Both the position numbers and the translations under genes were made by a program. The notes beneath the pieces are model-generated. The model saw only the letters and a list, made by a program, of their open reading frames with translations. It did no database searches and was not told the DNA's origin. Shown here piece by piece: positions 1 through 12,811 of a stretch of 50,709 nucleotides of DNA (positions are counted from its first letter, which is position 1; each line of letters begins with the position of its first letter). Source of the DNA: Dimorphilus gyrociliatus (Eukaryota; Animalia; Annelida); contig CAJFCJ010000082.1 of the NCBI GenBank assembly GCA_904063045.1, positions 1-50,709 of the forward strand, in the 5' to 3' direction.

Positions 1-236
1 TTAAACTTACTTGTTTAGAACTAGAAACTCATTTACTCAATACATATTCTTTACACGAAATACTGGCATTTTGTTAATTAATTTCTACCAAAAATACATT
101 TCTTAAGACTACTTGTGGACGAATTTGAAAGGTTCTATTTGTTTGAGTACTATGGTGAATTGATAAATGATTAGAAAGGACGAATACTGTTCTGAAAAAG
201 CAGAAATTCCTACAATTACAATACAACAAAGTACAT

Positions 237-1044
237 TTACCAAGTACCAAAATTAATTAAATACCATCCACTTGACAAAACTCGTATCCTTCTATTAAAA
301 AAGATTAAAGAAGCACCTCTTATAGTACCAATTTGTGTAAATGGGATTTCTCCCTGGTCTAAAATACCAGAGTTTCTACCAAAAAAGAATGCATTGTTTC
401 CTTCATGCATAAAACCTGACCAGGATGTTTCTAGTCCATCTTCACTGCTTACAGCCACAGTTTCATATCCAAAGTTTAAGAAAGGTTGAGGAGAAAGAGA
501 TGTTAAAGAAAAGATTCCCGATCTACAAAATGTATCTCTGTAATAAATTTTATCTTGAAACATGCCTACATTAATTCCTATGTTGCTGAAGGATAAGTCG
601 AAATTGGCTGTAATTGATGATGCTGTTGTAGCAGTTATTGAAAGGTAATAAAAACCATGTTTATTAATATTTAACCCATTTGTAGTTGTATTAAATAGAT
701 TTCCAGTGGCATAGTTTACTTTATGCCATGTGACTCTTCCAGTGTTGACTGATGTTGTTCTTGTCAATGATACCATAAATGCTGGATTTTTGTTTAGATT
801 ACACCGAGGATTTGAACATGGTTCTGTTTCAGCTGAATTTCCTTGACATTCCCCTCCACCATTGGATGGTTGAGGATTTGTACAATCACGAATATTTAAT
901 GTTGGAGTAAAATAGTTGCCAATTGGACACTGTTTGAGGCCAGGCAACTCCTTTATAACAAATGTAGTATTGTCTACAATCATTCTTATTTGGGAATGTT
1001 CCATTCTGACCTCCCTCACAACCATCATTTTTAATGTAGCATGG
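237..1044 (-). pseudogene. Exon encoding chitin-binding peritrophin-A (CBM14), half a TSP1 repeat and C1q-like domains; frameshifted, continues beyond the window start
   Basis: After the acceptor cttag| at 1044 the frame reads PCYIKNDGCEGGQNGTFPNKNDCRQYYICYKGVAWPQ. A +1 shift near 934 continues QCPIGNYFTPTLNI (CBM14 cysteine pattern), then runs into RDCTNPQPSNGGGECQGNSAETEPC (TSP1 C-terminal half). C1q-like strands follow: PAFMVSL, FNTTTNG, HGFYYLSITA, TSWSGFM, SGWYLINF. Confidence 0.6.
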
Positions 1045-1046
1045 CT

Positions 1047-1673
1047 AAGAAGGTGGACTATCAAAACAAAAAAACGAAGAAAAAATCTTGAAGACCTGCC
1101 GAGATCTGGTCATCCAAAGAGGCTAAGAAAGAGACTAAAAAGGACAAGGGCTGGGAAACAGATTACTTTACAAAATGATAATGCCAGACCCCAAGACCCC
1201 ATACCAGTCTGTACACAACTGATTTCATCAGAAATTAGGGATGGTCTGTCTGTCCCCATCCCCCATACAGCCCTGATTTGGCCCCATCTGATTTTTGCCT
1301 GTTTGGATGACTGAAAGATCATATCAAGGGAAATGATTACAGTGAGCTAAAAAAAAGACATTAGGGAATTTTTGAGGAGAAAACCATCCTCCTTTTATTG
1401 GAACAGGATAGATCTACTTCCATCCAAATGGCAGACATGCATAAACAATTGGGGGGGGACTATTAACGAATAAAACAGTTAATTTTTATAGAATAGACTA
1501 TAGGCTATTACAAAAAAAAATATTACAATAAGTTACATCTAAGGCTCATATACAGGCCCAGAAGCAAAAATGAAGGCCAAATTTCCTATTTCTTGGTGCC
1601 ATTGAATTCTCTTGTAAACAAAATTTTTGTTCTTAGGCCAAATGCTACATGTTTGAGGGTGAACTGTTCTGAC
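1047..1673 (+). mobile_element. Tc1/mariner transposon remnant, copy 1, internally deleted
   Basis: RRW...NLEDLPRSGHPK joins directly to RLRKRLKRTRAGKQITLQNDNARP, followed by HPPYSPDLAPSD-like DNA (catccccatacagccctgatttggccccatctgat). It shares about 500 bp of 3' sequence with 31000-31517. Confidence 0.85.
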
Positions 1674-2662
1674 AACTAAAATTCCAATCTTTTATTTTTC
1701 AGTTTATTTCTAGAGAAATAATAATGAAGATTATAAGTCTTTTTTTTAATTTTTTCATTTTGTAATGGCTTGACAGAACTGAATGAAAGTTTACAGATTA
1801 AGTAACATATTTGGAAAGTATCAATAGTATTAGTTAAGGCATTTTAAAATGACAGCAAAGTGTATGATACTTTTTGATTGTACCTAATATTTTGAAGTTG
1901 ATGATATTCTATCACACAACACAATCAAAATATTTACTTTTCTTGTTTAAAGAGATTTTATCCAAAAAATATAACAAATATCTGAATTAAAGCCTATTGT
2001 TTAAAGTTTGTTGTATTTTATGTAAACGTTAGGCTTTTTAATCATTTGAAAATATTTCAATAGAACTCAATGTAATTATTTTACCAGTTCCAAGATATTT
2101 GTTCACCTTAAAGATAATCTAAAGAGAGAGAAGGTTGTCAGTATATTGAAGTATTGGAGAATAGTTTTACTTGAAAGTATCCTCTAGATTGAAATTGGAT
2201 TATTGTACAAAAGGGTTTATTCGCAATAATAATACTTAAGCAAGTAGTAATATGAGAGTTCAATAGCAGAGTAGATAGTTCGTAATAGCAGGTTGCCAAA
2301 TTACCAAACTGTCTTCCAATGTTGAGGAGTAGATGGATGGTTCCAGTGGAGGTTGTTTCCAGGTTATCTTCCCAGGTCCTTGGGTCCAGATGGAAGCTGC
2401 AGAATGAGAATAGTGAGGATTTATATACTTTGAGGTTTGCCTCTGACATCCAATCATCACTTTACAGTTGCCAAAATGTGTAGTTCATATTTCTCTTTAG
2501 TAACAGATCCAACATTTAGGAAGTTCTGTCTTATCAATCTCTATCTATAAATTGTTTTTTAATTGTAATGTAAAGTATTTGATCAGAATATATCTTCTTG
2601 AAGATGTTCATTGTACTTGATAAAGATATCTACAAAATTACTATACACAAATATACATTTAC

Positions 2663-4660
2663 TCAGAAATGAATAATGTCAATATATGAGCAATTTATAA
2701 GTAACTTTTTCAACATAATAGCCTGTTGTTCATTTAAATTACAGTTTGTAATATCAACTTCTTGTAATGTATTTGAAGAAGATTGCAAAGCTTCAAAGAT
2801 TTTTATAATTCCTTTACCCATTGATTTATTCCATGATAACTTGATGTTGACTATACATGAACACTTTTCAAGTAATTTTGCCAAAGCAGAAGTCTGTTCT
2901 TCTGTTAAATTACAATTAGTGACATCCACATTTTGCAATGTATCTGAAGAAGTTTGTAATCCTTGAAAAATTTCTACTAGTGCTTTACCCATTGATCTGT
3001 TCCATGACAAATTAATGTTAACTAAATTTGAACACTTTTTAAGCAATTTTGCCAAAGAAAAACCTTGTTCTTCATTTAAATTACAAAGTATGACATCAAG
3101 TTTTCGTAATGTAAATGTAGAAGATTGTAACTCATCAAATATTTTTACAATTCCTTCACCCATACAAACATTTTCTGACAAATGAATTGTGTCTATATAA
3201 GAACACTTTCCAAGTAATTTTGCCAAAGAAATAGCCTGTTGTTCATTTAAATTACAATAACCAAAATCAATTTTTTTCAATTTGCATGAAGAAGATTGCA
3301 ATCCTTTGAATAATTTTATAATTCCTTTACTCATACAAACATTTTCTGACAAATGAATTGTATCTATATATGAACATTTTCCAAGTAGCTTTGCCAAAGA
3401 TATGGCCTCTTGTTCATTTAAATTACAACTAGTGACATCAACTTTTTTCAATGTATTTGAGGAACTTTGTAATCCATCAAATATTTCTTCTAATCCTTTT
3501 CCCATGAAAATATTACCTGACAAAGCAATAATATCAATATAGGAACAGTTTTTAAGTAATTTTGCCAAAGAATTAGCTTGTTGTTCATTTAAATTACAGT
3601 TTGTAATATCAACTTCTTGTAATGTATATGAAGAAGATTGTAAAGCTTCAAAGATTTTTATAATTCCTCTACCCATAGATTTATTTAATGACACATTGAT
3701 GTTGACTATATATGAACACTTTTTAAGTAGCTTTGCCAAAGAAATAGCTTGTTGTTCATTTAAATTGCAGTAGGAAAAATCAACTCTTTTCAATACAGCT
3801 GAACACATCTGTAATCCTTCAAGTACTCTGACAACTGTATTATTCATATATGGATTTTGTGACAAATTGATGCTAACTAGATGTGAACACTTTATAAGTA
3901 ACTTTGCAAAAGAAAATGACTGTTTTTCATTTAAATTACAGTTAGTGACATTGACATTTTGCAGTTTGTCTGAAGAATGTTGCAATTTTTCATATATTTC
4001 TGAAAGTGCTTTACCAATATTTGGATTGTGTGACATATTGATGTTGATAAAATTTGAACAGTGTTCAAGTAATTTTGCCAAAGAAAAAGCCCATTCTTCA
4101 TTTAAATTACAGTTAGTAATATCAAGTTTTTGCAATGTCTCTGAAGAAATTTGTAATCCTTCAAAAACTTCTACAATTGCCTCACCCATATTTCTGTTAT
4201 GTGACAAGTCAATGTAGACTAAGTTTGAACAATTACTGATTAATCTTCCCAAAGAAATGGTCTGCTCTGCATTTAAATTACATTGACTAAGACAGATTTG
4301 CTGTAATACATTTGAAGAAGATTGTAAACTTTGAAATATTTCTGAAACTGCTCTACCCATGCATGGATTCTCTGACAAATTGATATAGACTAAATGAGAA
4401 CAATCACTAATTAATTTTCCAAAGGCTGAGGCCTGTTTTTCATTTAAAGCACAATTTTTTACATCTATCTCCTGCAAAGTGTTGGAAGAAGTTTTCATTC
4501 CGAAACAAACAACTTCAAATCCATCTTTCATAAGTTTGTTGTTTGATAAATTAAGTTTGGTGAAATTATCAAATTGTTCCAAGACAAATGCCAAAGACTC
4601 TGCTTGGACTCCTGTTAAGTTGCATGATTCAACATTTATACCTTGTAAGATTGGACAAGA
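2663..4660 (-). repeat. Coding tandem array of about 171-bp units (57 aa, alternating 28+29 aa ribonuclease-inhibitor-type LRRs)
   Basis: Recurring LqxvDitnCnLneqQaxsLakLLxxCsxixxIxLSxNxxMgxgixxIfxxLqsSsxt. DNA matches occur at a 171-bp offset (3161 vs 3332) and an 855-bp offset (2725 vs 3580). Confidence 0.9.
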
Positions 4661-7441
4661 TCTAGGATTTATCTCTTTAAGAATTGTTTGTAAATTACTA
4701 TCCATAATTATGATTTTTGTTAAATTAATGTCAACCAAAGAAGGCATTTGTTTTATTGTTTTAATTAGATGACCCAAATCAGCATCACTTTTTATATTAA
4801 GGTCACTCAGATTTAATGCTTTGATGGATATAAAAAGTTCCTTGTTAGCTCTAATGAATTTGTCAATGATAGTTTTGCAATTGGAATAACATCCAACTAA
4901 GTTTAGAGAATCAATTTCCAAAAAATCATTTTTTATTAACCAACTGCTTAATAAAGAAAATACTTCCTTTGAAAGCAAGTTTTTCAAGAGACAAAACCAC
5001 ACTACTCTATTTTTGTTGTTGTAGTATTTAATAGTTAGAAGGTTTGCACTATTCACTTCAAAAGACAAAAAGTCTTTGGCACACTCTTCTTCATGTTTTC
5101 TTTGTTCAGATAATGTATGAACACATTGATTTGTCATTAATTTATGATAATCATTCAAAAAATGATGATCTATGTTGCTTATTTCACAATTATAAATTTC
5201 AAAATGTTTGAATCGTCTGTTTTGAAGTTTATCTTTTATCATTGTAAAGAAATTATCTCTACCTTCCACCTCAAATTTCTTATTTGCAATAACCAATTTT
5301 CTTAATTGAACTAAAGATTTGATGAATTGAAATTTCCATTTTGTAAAATAATTCTTTAAATTGAATGATTCATCAACAAACTCAGTGATGTATTTAGAAG
5401 AATAATTAATTGTAATTTGAGTATAATAGCCAAATAAATTGCCTGAAATATTTACAATGCAATTATCTTTGTGACATTTGCTGTTGTCTTTCACAGTAAT
5501 AAATTTATTTCCAATACATATTTTTTCAATATCTGTAAAAATTATTAAATGTAAAAGATCCTCTAATAAATAATCTTCTTTAACTAGGTCATTGTTGACA
5601 AAAAACAATTGACCTTTTAACCTTAAATATTTCAATTTTGTACAATATTCACAACAACAGGCAATTAATTGTTTTAAATTTACTGATGACTCAGCGAAAA
5701 AGATGTTTTTTAAATTTTTACCAAACTTATTAAAAATGATGTTAAGAGTATCATTATTTATAATTTCATCATGTATTTGCAATGTATTATCATTTTCTAA
5801 ACCATTTTCCAGCAGTTTCTTTATTTTATTACTAAAATTGAACATTTTTCTTGCAATTTCAGAATAAAGAAGAATTTTTTCAAAGAAAACTAAAGAATTT
5901 TGTTTAACAAACTCCATTACATTAAAAATATTAACATTATTTAATGTTTCAAAAAGTTTATTAATGTCATTTTTAAATGGTGTGAAGAGGTTAAATTGTA
6001 AATTTACTTTTCCATTTTTCCCCTCAATTCTACCAATTAGAAATTTAGCTGCAAAAAACTCTTGAAATGACAAATGATAAAATTGTACTTCAACTCTATC
6101 CATTTCTAAATGAATAATTTGAATTAGACCTTTAAAATTTATCCTAAGAAATTCAATTTTCTTTTCATCATTTTTTAAAATAATTTTACATTCTGATAGA
6201 TTTGTAAGGCAAAGTTGATAAAATGATTCAAGTTTATAATTGCTACTAATTCCAATACATCCACCATGTTTTTCTTGTATTATAGTAATTAAATCTTGAT
6301 AAATTTGATAAAGACTTTTATCATAGATAGAATCTCCTTTTTCCTTCCATACATGGAATAGTATCATAGCTAATAATGGAATATTGCATAGACTTTCTAT
6401 TTTTCTATTTCTATTGACAACTTTTTACAAAAATTCTAAACTCTTTTCAATATCTCCATCATTGAAGCATTTTTGAAAAAATGATTGCATTTGAGTAGTA
6501 TTCCATCCAGTTAATTCAAATGATATATCGCATTTGCATTTTAATTCTTTAGCTCTCCATTTACGAGACCATATTACAGTTTGAATATTACAATGTGGAT
6601 TTTCTAAAAGATTATAGAGAGGATGATCTTTTTGATAGAATTCATCAGCTCCATCGAGAAAAAGGACAACATCATCTCTCTTTTCATTAAATATTGATTC
6701 CACTATATTTTCAGTTATATAGGGAATATTTCGAAAATTTTGATCAATTATTTCTTCATAGATGCTTGTATCATTTCTAACTTTCCTTAATATGATGAAT
6801 AAGCATAATTTTTGAGAATTGACATTCCATTGCTCATTGGCCCATTTGTAAAGTAGATATTTAACGTGTACACTTTTTCCCATACCAGGTTCTCCTTGTA
6901 TTAAAATCTTTTTAAATCCTTTATAAAATATTTTATAAAAGTTTTCATAATCAAATTCTGTTTCTAGCAATTTAGAATCAATTATATCTATATTTTGTAC
7001 TTCAGATATTTCAATAGATGTTACAATATCAGAAATTTTAACTTCCGTTTTAGTAAAAGGAAGTAATGGAATTGTTGTAAATTCTTGTTTTCTTTGTATT
7101 TTACAATCCGAAATCAAGATCTGCCATATTGCTTTTGTATTTGATAAACATAAAGCTAATTTATCACAATGTTCAATTTGAATATCAAAGAGAATTGTGC
7201 AAATTTCCTTAAAATCTAGCAGGCATATTATGTTTAAAATTGAAGAAATTGCTAAATGTCTCTCCTCATAGTCATATTGTTTTTGAAGTGTACATTTCCT
7301 ATCATTATTTAATCTCCCCAATGATTCTAGTTTTATAGAAAATCTATCAAAGTTTAATTGATCTTCCAGTAATCTTTTAATATCATCTTTGAAGTAGTTA
7401 ATGCTTAATTTTTGTTCCGATGTCAGTGTATTTAAATTCAT
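2663..7441 (-). pseudogene. NLR-family receptor (death-fold-like N-terminus, NACHT, RI-type LRRs), single exon, interrupted by one in-frame TAA at 6425-6427
   Basis: Walker A ILIQGEPGMGKS (about 6873-6900), Walker B VVLFLDGADEF, LCNIPLLAMIL across the gap between the two listed ORFs, winged-helix FYHLSFQEFFAAKFL, then about 12 double LRR units. The two ORFs are in the same frame, separated by TAA plus 19 sense codons. Confidence 0.85.
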
Positions 7442-7899
7442 ATTTCCTTGTAAAAATTATTGTCGAGATGTAGTTAAATGGAAGCCAATTTGGTAGACTA
7501 AAGCATTTAGCTTATTTATATGGCCTACTATAATGTCTGATTCAATATAACAATGTGGTGTAGTCCTATCACCTTAACATTTATAGTATAAATCTAAAAA
7601 AAAAGGAAGTGTACTTTGTTGTATTGTAATTTTTAGCTTTTATTTATATTAAAATCTTGACAATGAGATCATTGTTTAAAATTATCTTAAAATCTACCTT
7701 TTTTCTGTTAGAACCAAAAGCTCCATCTAGTGAGAAATTTTTCTGCCTTTTGCTTTTAAGAGGCACTGGTTAACTGATTCTTTTTGGTGGGATTGTCTGT
7801 TCAATTTTTGAATAAGTTTTTTTGTTTTTTTTACCAAAATTATCTCTTTTTATCAAAACGTTAAAAAAAATAATTCTATTTTAATCTTTTTCTACAGAA

Positions 7900-8450
7900 A
7901 ATGTTGAAATGGCGAATGAGTTCAAAGAGAAAATATTTGTGATAATCAAAGAGATTGCTTTAATCAATTTGATGAAAAGTGCAAAAACTTTTTGATTCAA
8001 TATCCAATGAAAATAAAGAGAGTATAAAAACAATAAATTATTCATCTCTCTTTTGATAAAAACCATTCTGTTTTCTGTTCCATAAATAGAATGTAATTAG
8101 AAATACCAAAAAGATTGTGACACTTATTGTATACCAAATCAATTTGTTGATGATTTCAAATATGATTGTATTACTAAAAAATGATGAAACTGAACATAAT
8201 AGTTTAGAAACTCTAATCAAATCTAAGAAAAAATGAAGAATCATTTTTGCAGTGCCAAATATTCTCTACTGACAATCAATTCAATGAAAGAATATTTCAA
8301 GTGTAGTGATGAGAATAAACACTAGCTCATCAGTAAAGAATGCATTAAGGGCAGCAATGAAATATATTGCAAATTGCCTTGATTGTCCAATCCACACTGC
8401 AGAATTATCAATCATCTACGTCTGCAAAGCAATTTCAAGGAAAAGAGTAG
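7900..8450 (-). pseudogene. Degenerate 7TM GPCR fragment, probably LGR type (TM3-TM5 region)
   Basis: DNSAVWIGQSRQFAIYFIAALNAFFTDELVFILITTLE resembles the LGR TM3 pattern (W..S..C...G.L..FS.ELS.F.LT.ITLE). Hydrophobic stretches with stops follow. Confidence 0.35.
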
Positions 8451-10249
8451 ATTTGAAAATAGAACAATTGAGGAAGGATTCAAGAAAATTTCAATAACCT
8501 AAAGTAGGTAAACTCTTTTTAACTATGCCCAGTTACATCAATCCCTTTACAAATGCCTCTCTTAACATCTGTTTTCATCATTGAATTAGTGACCTTCACC
8601 TTTCAATGCATATATAGCTATTAAAGATGTTAGAGAAGTATATGATAGTGGAGACATAGTACTTGGCATATTATCATTCCTAAAAACTGATGTCATCCAT
8701 GCAACTATTTTTCAACAGATATTTTTTCATTTCAAATAAATGCTTTATTCAGAATAAGATACTTAAGCTAATGATTTATATGAAATTTTAAAATCAGGGT
8801 AGTCTAATGGCTAATATAGAGGACAGAGAAAGCCTTATTCCAATTGATATTGTTTCCATATAGCTGTCATTTAAGCACTACTCTTGAGTTTGTCTCCAAC
8901 ATCCAATCATCATTTTCAAGTTCAAGAACTGTCTAGTTGATATTTATGTTTAGCAAGATGATGTCACAATGTCAAATGGTCAAAGGCTAATTATATTATC
9001 TTAAGCATATTTTAAGCAGTTTCATACCAGTTTTCTAAAAAAAAACAAACAAAAAGAAATTGTATAAATAATAATTAAAACGAAACAAATAGAAATCTTA
9101 CATTCAACTTGAAAGTTTATTGTTCGACTATTAAAACGCAGAGCAGGTTTTGGCTTAGTTCTAATTAATACCACTTGACAATAGGTTTCTTATGTGTAAT
9201 AGATTATTCTTTGTTCATTCATCCAAATAGAACATGCCAATCAGGCATTACTATCTCTTTCCAGCCATCTATTTCTTTACTCTATCACTCTCTCTAATCT
9301 TCTATTTGTACCTATAACTAATTTTTGAATACTTACCTTTTCAACAGCTTTCTATAAAGAACTCTTTCAATTTTTCATAAGGTTTTCAGAAATTTGAAAA
9401 TCTACCAATGAAAGTTCCTGGTCATTTAGTGAAGCTCTCGCGGAACTAAATACTTACACATTTTTTGATAGGGTCATGTGATCGTATTGTATGCCAAAAA
9501 AAACGTTTCATTAAAACTCTAAAATTGTGTGATGGAGTCAATTAAATACTATCATATAAATATATAAATGTAATTTTCTAGGAAAGCTGACAACAAAATA
9601 TCATAGGATAATGCTCTAGGATTTTTGCTTGTCAGCATAATTGAGATAATCATTGCAAATTGCTGTTGTAGTTATTTAATGTCAATGACATAAGCAGGTT
9701 GGGATCAACAGAAAATGTCAGTCTTTTAATCATCTCTTTGATTATATTGAATTTTTGCAGGGATTGTTATATTTTTTATGTTTGACAAAAATTTTCTGCA
9801 GAATTTTTAATCAAACTGAATTGGCCTCCCTAATTCTGGTCTATTTATCAATTAGTTGTGAGAACAAAACATTGTGTTGAGGCCTGTCACTACATTATTA
9901 GACTATTATGACCTATTTAATTTTTGATTAAATGGTATGGTTGCCAATATTTCCTCATTGTTTAAGATGTTTATTGCCTTTTTAAAAGTGTATATGCATG
10001 TGCCATAGAAACATGAATACTTTTTGCTTATCTATAATTGAGAATTTGAGAAAGCTATTGTTATATTGTATCAAAAGACTGAAAAAAGGGTACAATTGCC
10101 AAAGTGTTCATACAAAAATATTTTCCAAGTACACTGCATTCTCTGTCAATATTCAAGCTTATTATTTATTATCAAAATATGTCTTTTATGGGAAGGTCAG
10201 CCAAGCATTGATGAACATGTTGTTCTGAAATAGTTATAAATTTAATTCT

Positions 10250-10790
10250 GGCTATTTGTCAACTTTATTAATAAAATGACTAAAAGTTTATACCAATATT
10301 TATGAGAAAATAATTTTAAGCTCTAATGAAAGAATTAAGAGAAGCTGAACAATTTTAGTTTCAAATATTTCATCTGTGGAGGAAATTTGAAGAGAGAGAA
10401 TTGAGTTTTGATGAATCATCAGATAGACTAATTTGTTTAAATAGCTTTCGAAAGGTTTTATTTTTTGTTCTGGATATTTTAAGACACTGGTCATGTTTCA
10501 AAAGAGCAATTCGCAACAAACAATGATCTGGGAGGCTTCCACCAAAAATTTAACTCATCTTTTGGGAATAGAACATCATTTTACACAATTGTTCAAAAGT
10601 TGAAACATGAAGCAAATCTAATCAATGTCTTTGAAAAGCTTCTATCTGAAAAGAAAATCTGCAGAAATCAGAGAAAAACTTATAGGCATCTACAAAAAAA
10701 ATCTTTGAGGCTTGGGAAAGTTTTGAAAGATCTGAAATGAATGTTTCTCAACTACTGCAACTTTGTTGTTCAATTTATCATCCATAATGT
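10250..10790 (+). mobile_element. Two degenerate Mutator (MULE) transposase C-terminal remnants
   Basis: RIKEAEQF*FQIFHLWRKFE at about 10330-10400 and WSCFKRAI/TNNDLGGFHQKFNSS...KLLSEKK...IFEAWESF at about 10485-10787. Both align by eye with the MULE ORF at 39003 (WSVYSMTIRTNNNVEGWHCRLN...KIFNLW). Confidence 0.7.
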
Positions 10791-11362
10791 GTGATTTTTG
10801 AAGTTTAAAATGTTAGTTTTTTGCACTGTTTACTTGACTTTTCTTGTAATGTAAAATTTTACTATTAGTTGCTAAATACATTTCTATAAGTTTGATAAGT
10901 TCAGGTTTACATTAAAATTTATCAATAATCTTAACTTTGTTTAAATATGAACTTTCTATAAATTTATAATGCAAGGGGTTCCCTGCAAACATACCCAAGG
11001 TGGGTGCAAAATAAGATCACTAGTTGCATTTGGATATGTTAAAATTGTCTGAGGAAAAATCAACAACAATTTTTTAACACATCAATGTTGGCTATATACA
11101 GTACCAAACAAAAATATCCATATATAGAAAAGAAAATTTTTTTTCAAAAACTCATTTTTCTCTAATTTTTAAGACAATTCCTTACACTTCTTTATCAAAA
11201 TAGAATATCAAACACAAATGAAAGACCTAGCTAGGCGGAAAAATGCCAAAATGACCTACAATGAACTTGAGGCTTTTTTGATTACAAGCTATTTTTTGCG
11301 GATGCAACAGAAAATGTTGATAAACTGAAAGAAAACTAATTTAATAATTATTTCAACTTTTT

Positions 11363-11640
11363 ATGTTATGTGGAAGTCAAGTAACAATTTTGAAAATGTC
11401 AAAATCTTATATTTCAATTGTCTATAATTATTTCCAAGATTACATTTACCTGTTAAAATCCACTAAATTTTTATCATCTTTCATACATTTTAAAATTGTA
11501 GATGATACTGAAATGAAGATTAATTTAATCAGTCCACTAGTTGTTAAAAAAGTAGAATTAAATAAAAGTGAAGATTTACTAAATGATTCAAATGCCAAAA
11601 TTTTATGGAAAAATCTGCTAATGTCAATAAGTTGCTGGTT
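11363..11640 (+). pseudogene. Fragment paralogous to the last exon of the discoidin/FAMeT gene at 43970-44397
   Basis: GSQVTILKMSKSYISIVYNYFQDYIYLLKSTKFLSSFIHFKIVDDTEMKINLISPLVVKK versus GRQVKILEFSKSHFSIVYNFFQEFIYLFVPKKSLSTFLHFEYITSNELKIALINPVVIKK. Confidence 0.75.
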
Positions 11641-12089
11641 TTTTTCTCTCACACCATTCTCTTACATTCACCTACTTTTGTAAAAGTTGTAGAAATGTAT
11701 AACTATTGGTAATGAAAAGAAAAAAGATAAACAAGACATTTTCATTTCTTTCATTAACATTATTTATTCAACATGGACGTCATTTTCAAAAATATAAAAT
11801 TTCCTACATTGGTCAGGATCTCTTTGTGAATACATATGATTAACAATAGTCATAATTTTCATTTGCTTTAATTTCATTGATTTTATAATCAAGTTTAAAA
11901 CCTTTGGAAATTACATAATTGTAAATTAGTTTTCTAGTCTGTTCAATATAGTTGCTTGCAAAACATCTTTTCGACTCTAAACTCATTGATTTAATGCAAG
12001 ATGCGTAATGTTCGTGATAAGCTCTTTCTGGGATATAATAAAAGGTCTATTTAGAAAATGTACTTGTGCTTGTAGAGGAAAATTCAAGA

Positions 12090-12340
12090 AATTAAAATTA
12101 AAAACAAATATCAACTAACATGGTTGGCAAAAATCCTGTTGTAGCTTATAACAATCACTATCCATTATGTAAATATCAAGTTTACATAGTTGGTAATTTC
12201 TCAAATGTTGACAAAGAGTAAATGGATCAAATATACCTTTAGATTCTCTTTTCAATTGATCATCCTATTCCATTATACAATCTCCATATAAGCCTTTTTG
12301 GATGCCAGATGCAGTCATTCTTGCGCAATACAATACAGGA
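12090..12340. repeat. Dispersed repeat, left arm (copy A); partner at about 41377-41630
   Basis: Near-identical DNA with scattered substitutions and small indels. The minus strand gives a decayed LGR hinge/TM1-like GIFDPFTLCQHLRNY.LCK..IYIM. Confidence 0.9.
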
Positions 12341-12349
12341 AAGAGAATG

Positions 12350-12628
12350 TTAGCTTCACAGAAAGACATATTATCAGGGATTATCATCATAGATAAAGTA
12401 GAAAATGCCTGTTATAGTTTCGATTTGAATGACTGGCTATCTCCAATACATTCCGATCGTCAAATAGAAAGAATACTTATCGCAACTGGCGGAAATGACA
12501 TCATAACAAAAATTGATGGATCATTTAAAAGAAATTTAGGGCAGAGATTAACAGATAATCATCTATGGATATCAGTTGGGGTTAAGAGAATTCGCAAGAA
12601 TCCATTAGAAATTTTTAACACAAACTGA
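12350..12628 (+). pseudogene. Polycystin-1-like (PKD1L) fragment: end of the PLAT domain plus the HLWxSV motif
   Basis: IIIIDKVENACYSFDLNDWLSPIHSDRQIERIL ... FKRNLGQRLTDNHLWISV matches the PKD1-family PLAT-to-HLW.SV..R junction; a stop follows. Confidence 0.6.
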
Positions 12629-12811
12629 AAACGTCCAGTTGGTTAGACTGTCAAAGCATGCTAAATGAGGAAACAGTCACCCAAGCAAGCCTGTATAGAT
12701 GATATACAGGAGTTGGTGGCCTAGTTATATATTTTCTTTGATGGTCTATCTGAAGGACAATTATTGAGGTGAAAGCTCTTATTGAAACAAAAATTGAGAA
12801 TTTGCAGAAAA

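Noticed and set aside
916-1314. 132-aa ORF as a real chimeric gene
   Set aside because: It is the antisense of the CBM14 exon running by chance into a deleted mariner frame.
2138-2500. ORFs 2138-2449 and 2260-2460, and their roughly 60-bp similarity to 8885-8945
   Set aside because: No recognisable protein motif; probably an old repeat fragment that cannot be classified by eye.
2676-4772. Plus-strand ORFs 2676-2966, 3867-4217 and 4479-4772 as separate genes
   Set aside because: They are antisense shadows of the repetitive LRR coding sequence and have no independent motifs.
9130-9230. C1q-domain paralogue remnant similar to 250-300
   Set aside because: Only about 25 bp of similarity with indels, too little to support a feature.
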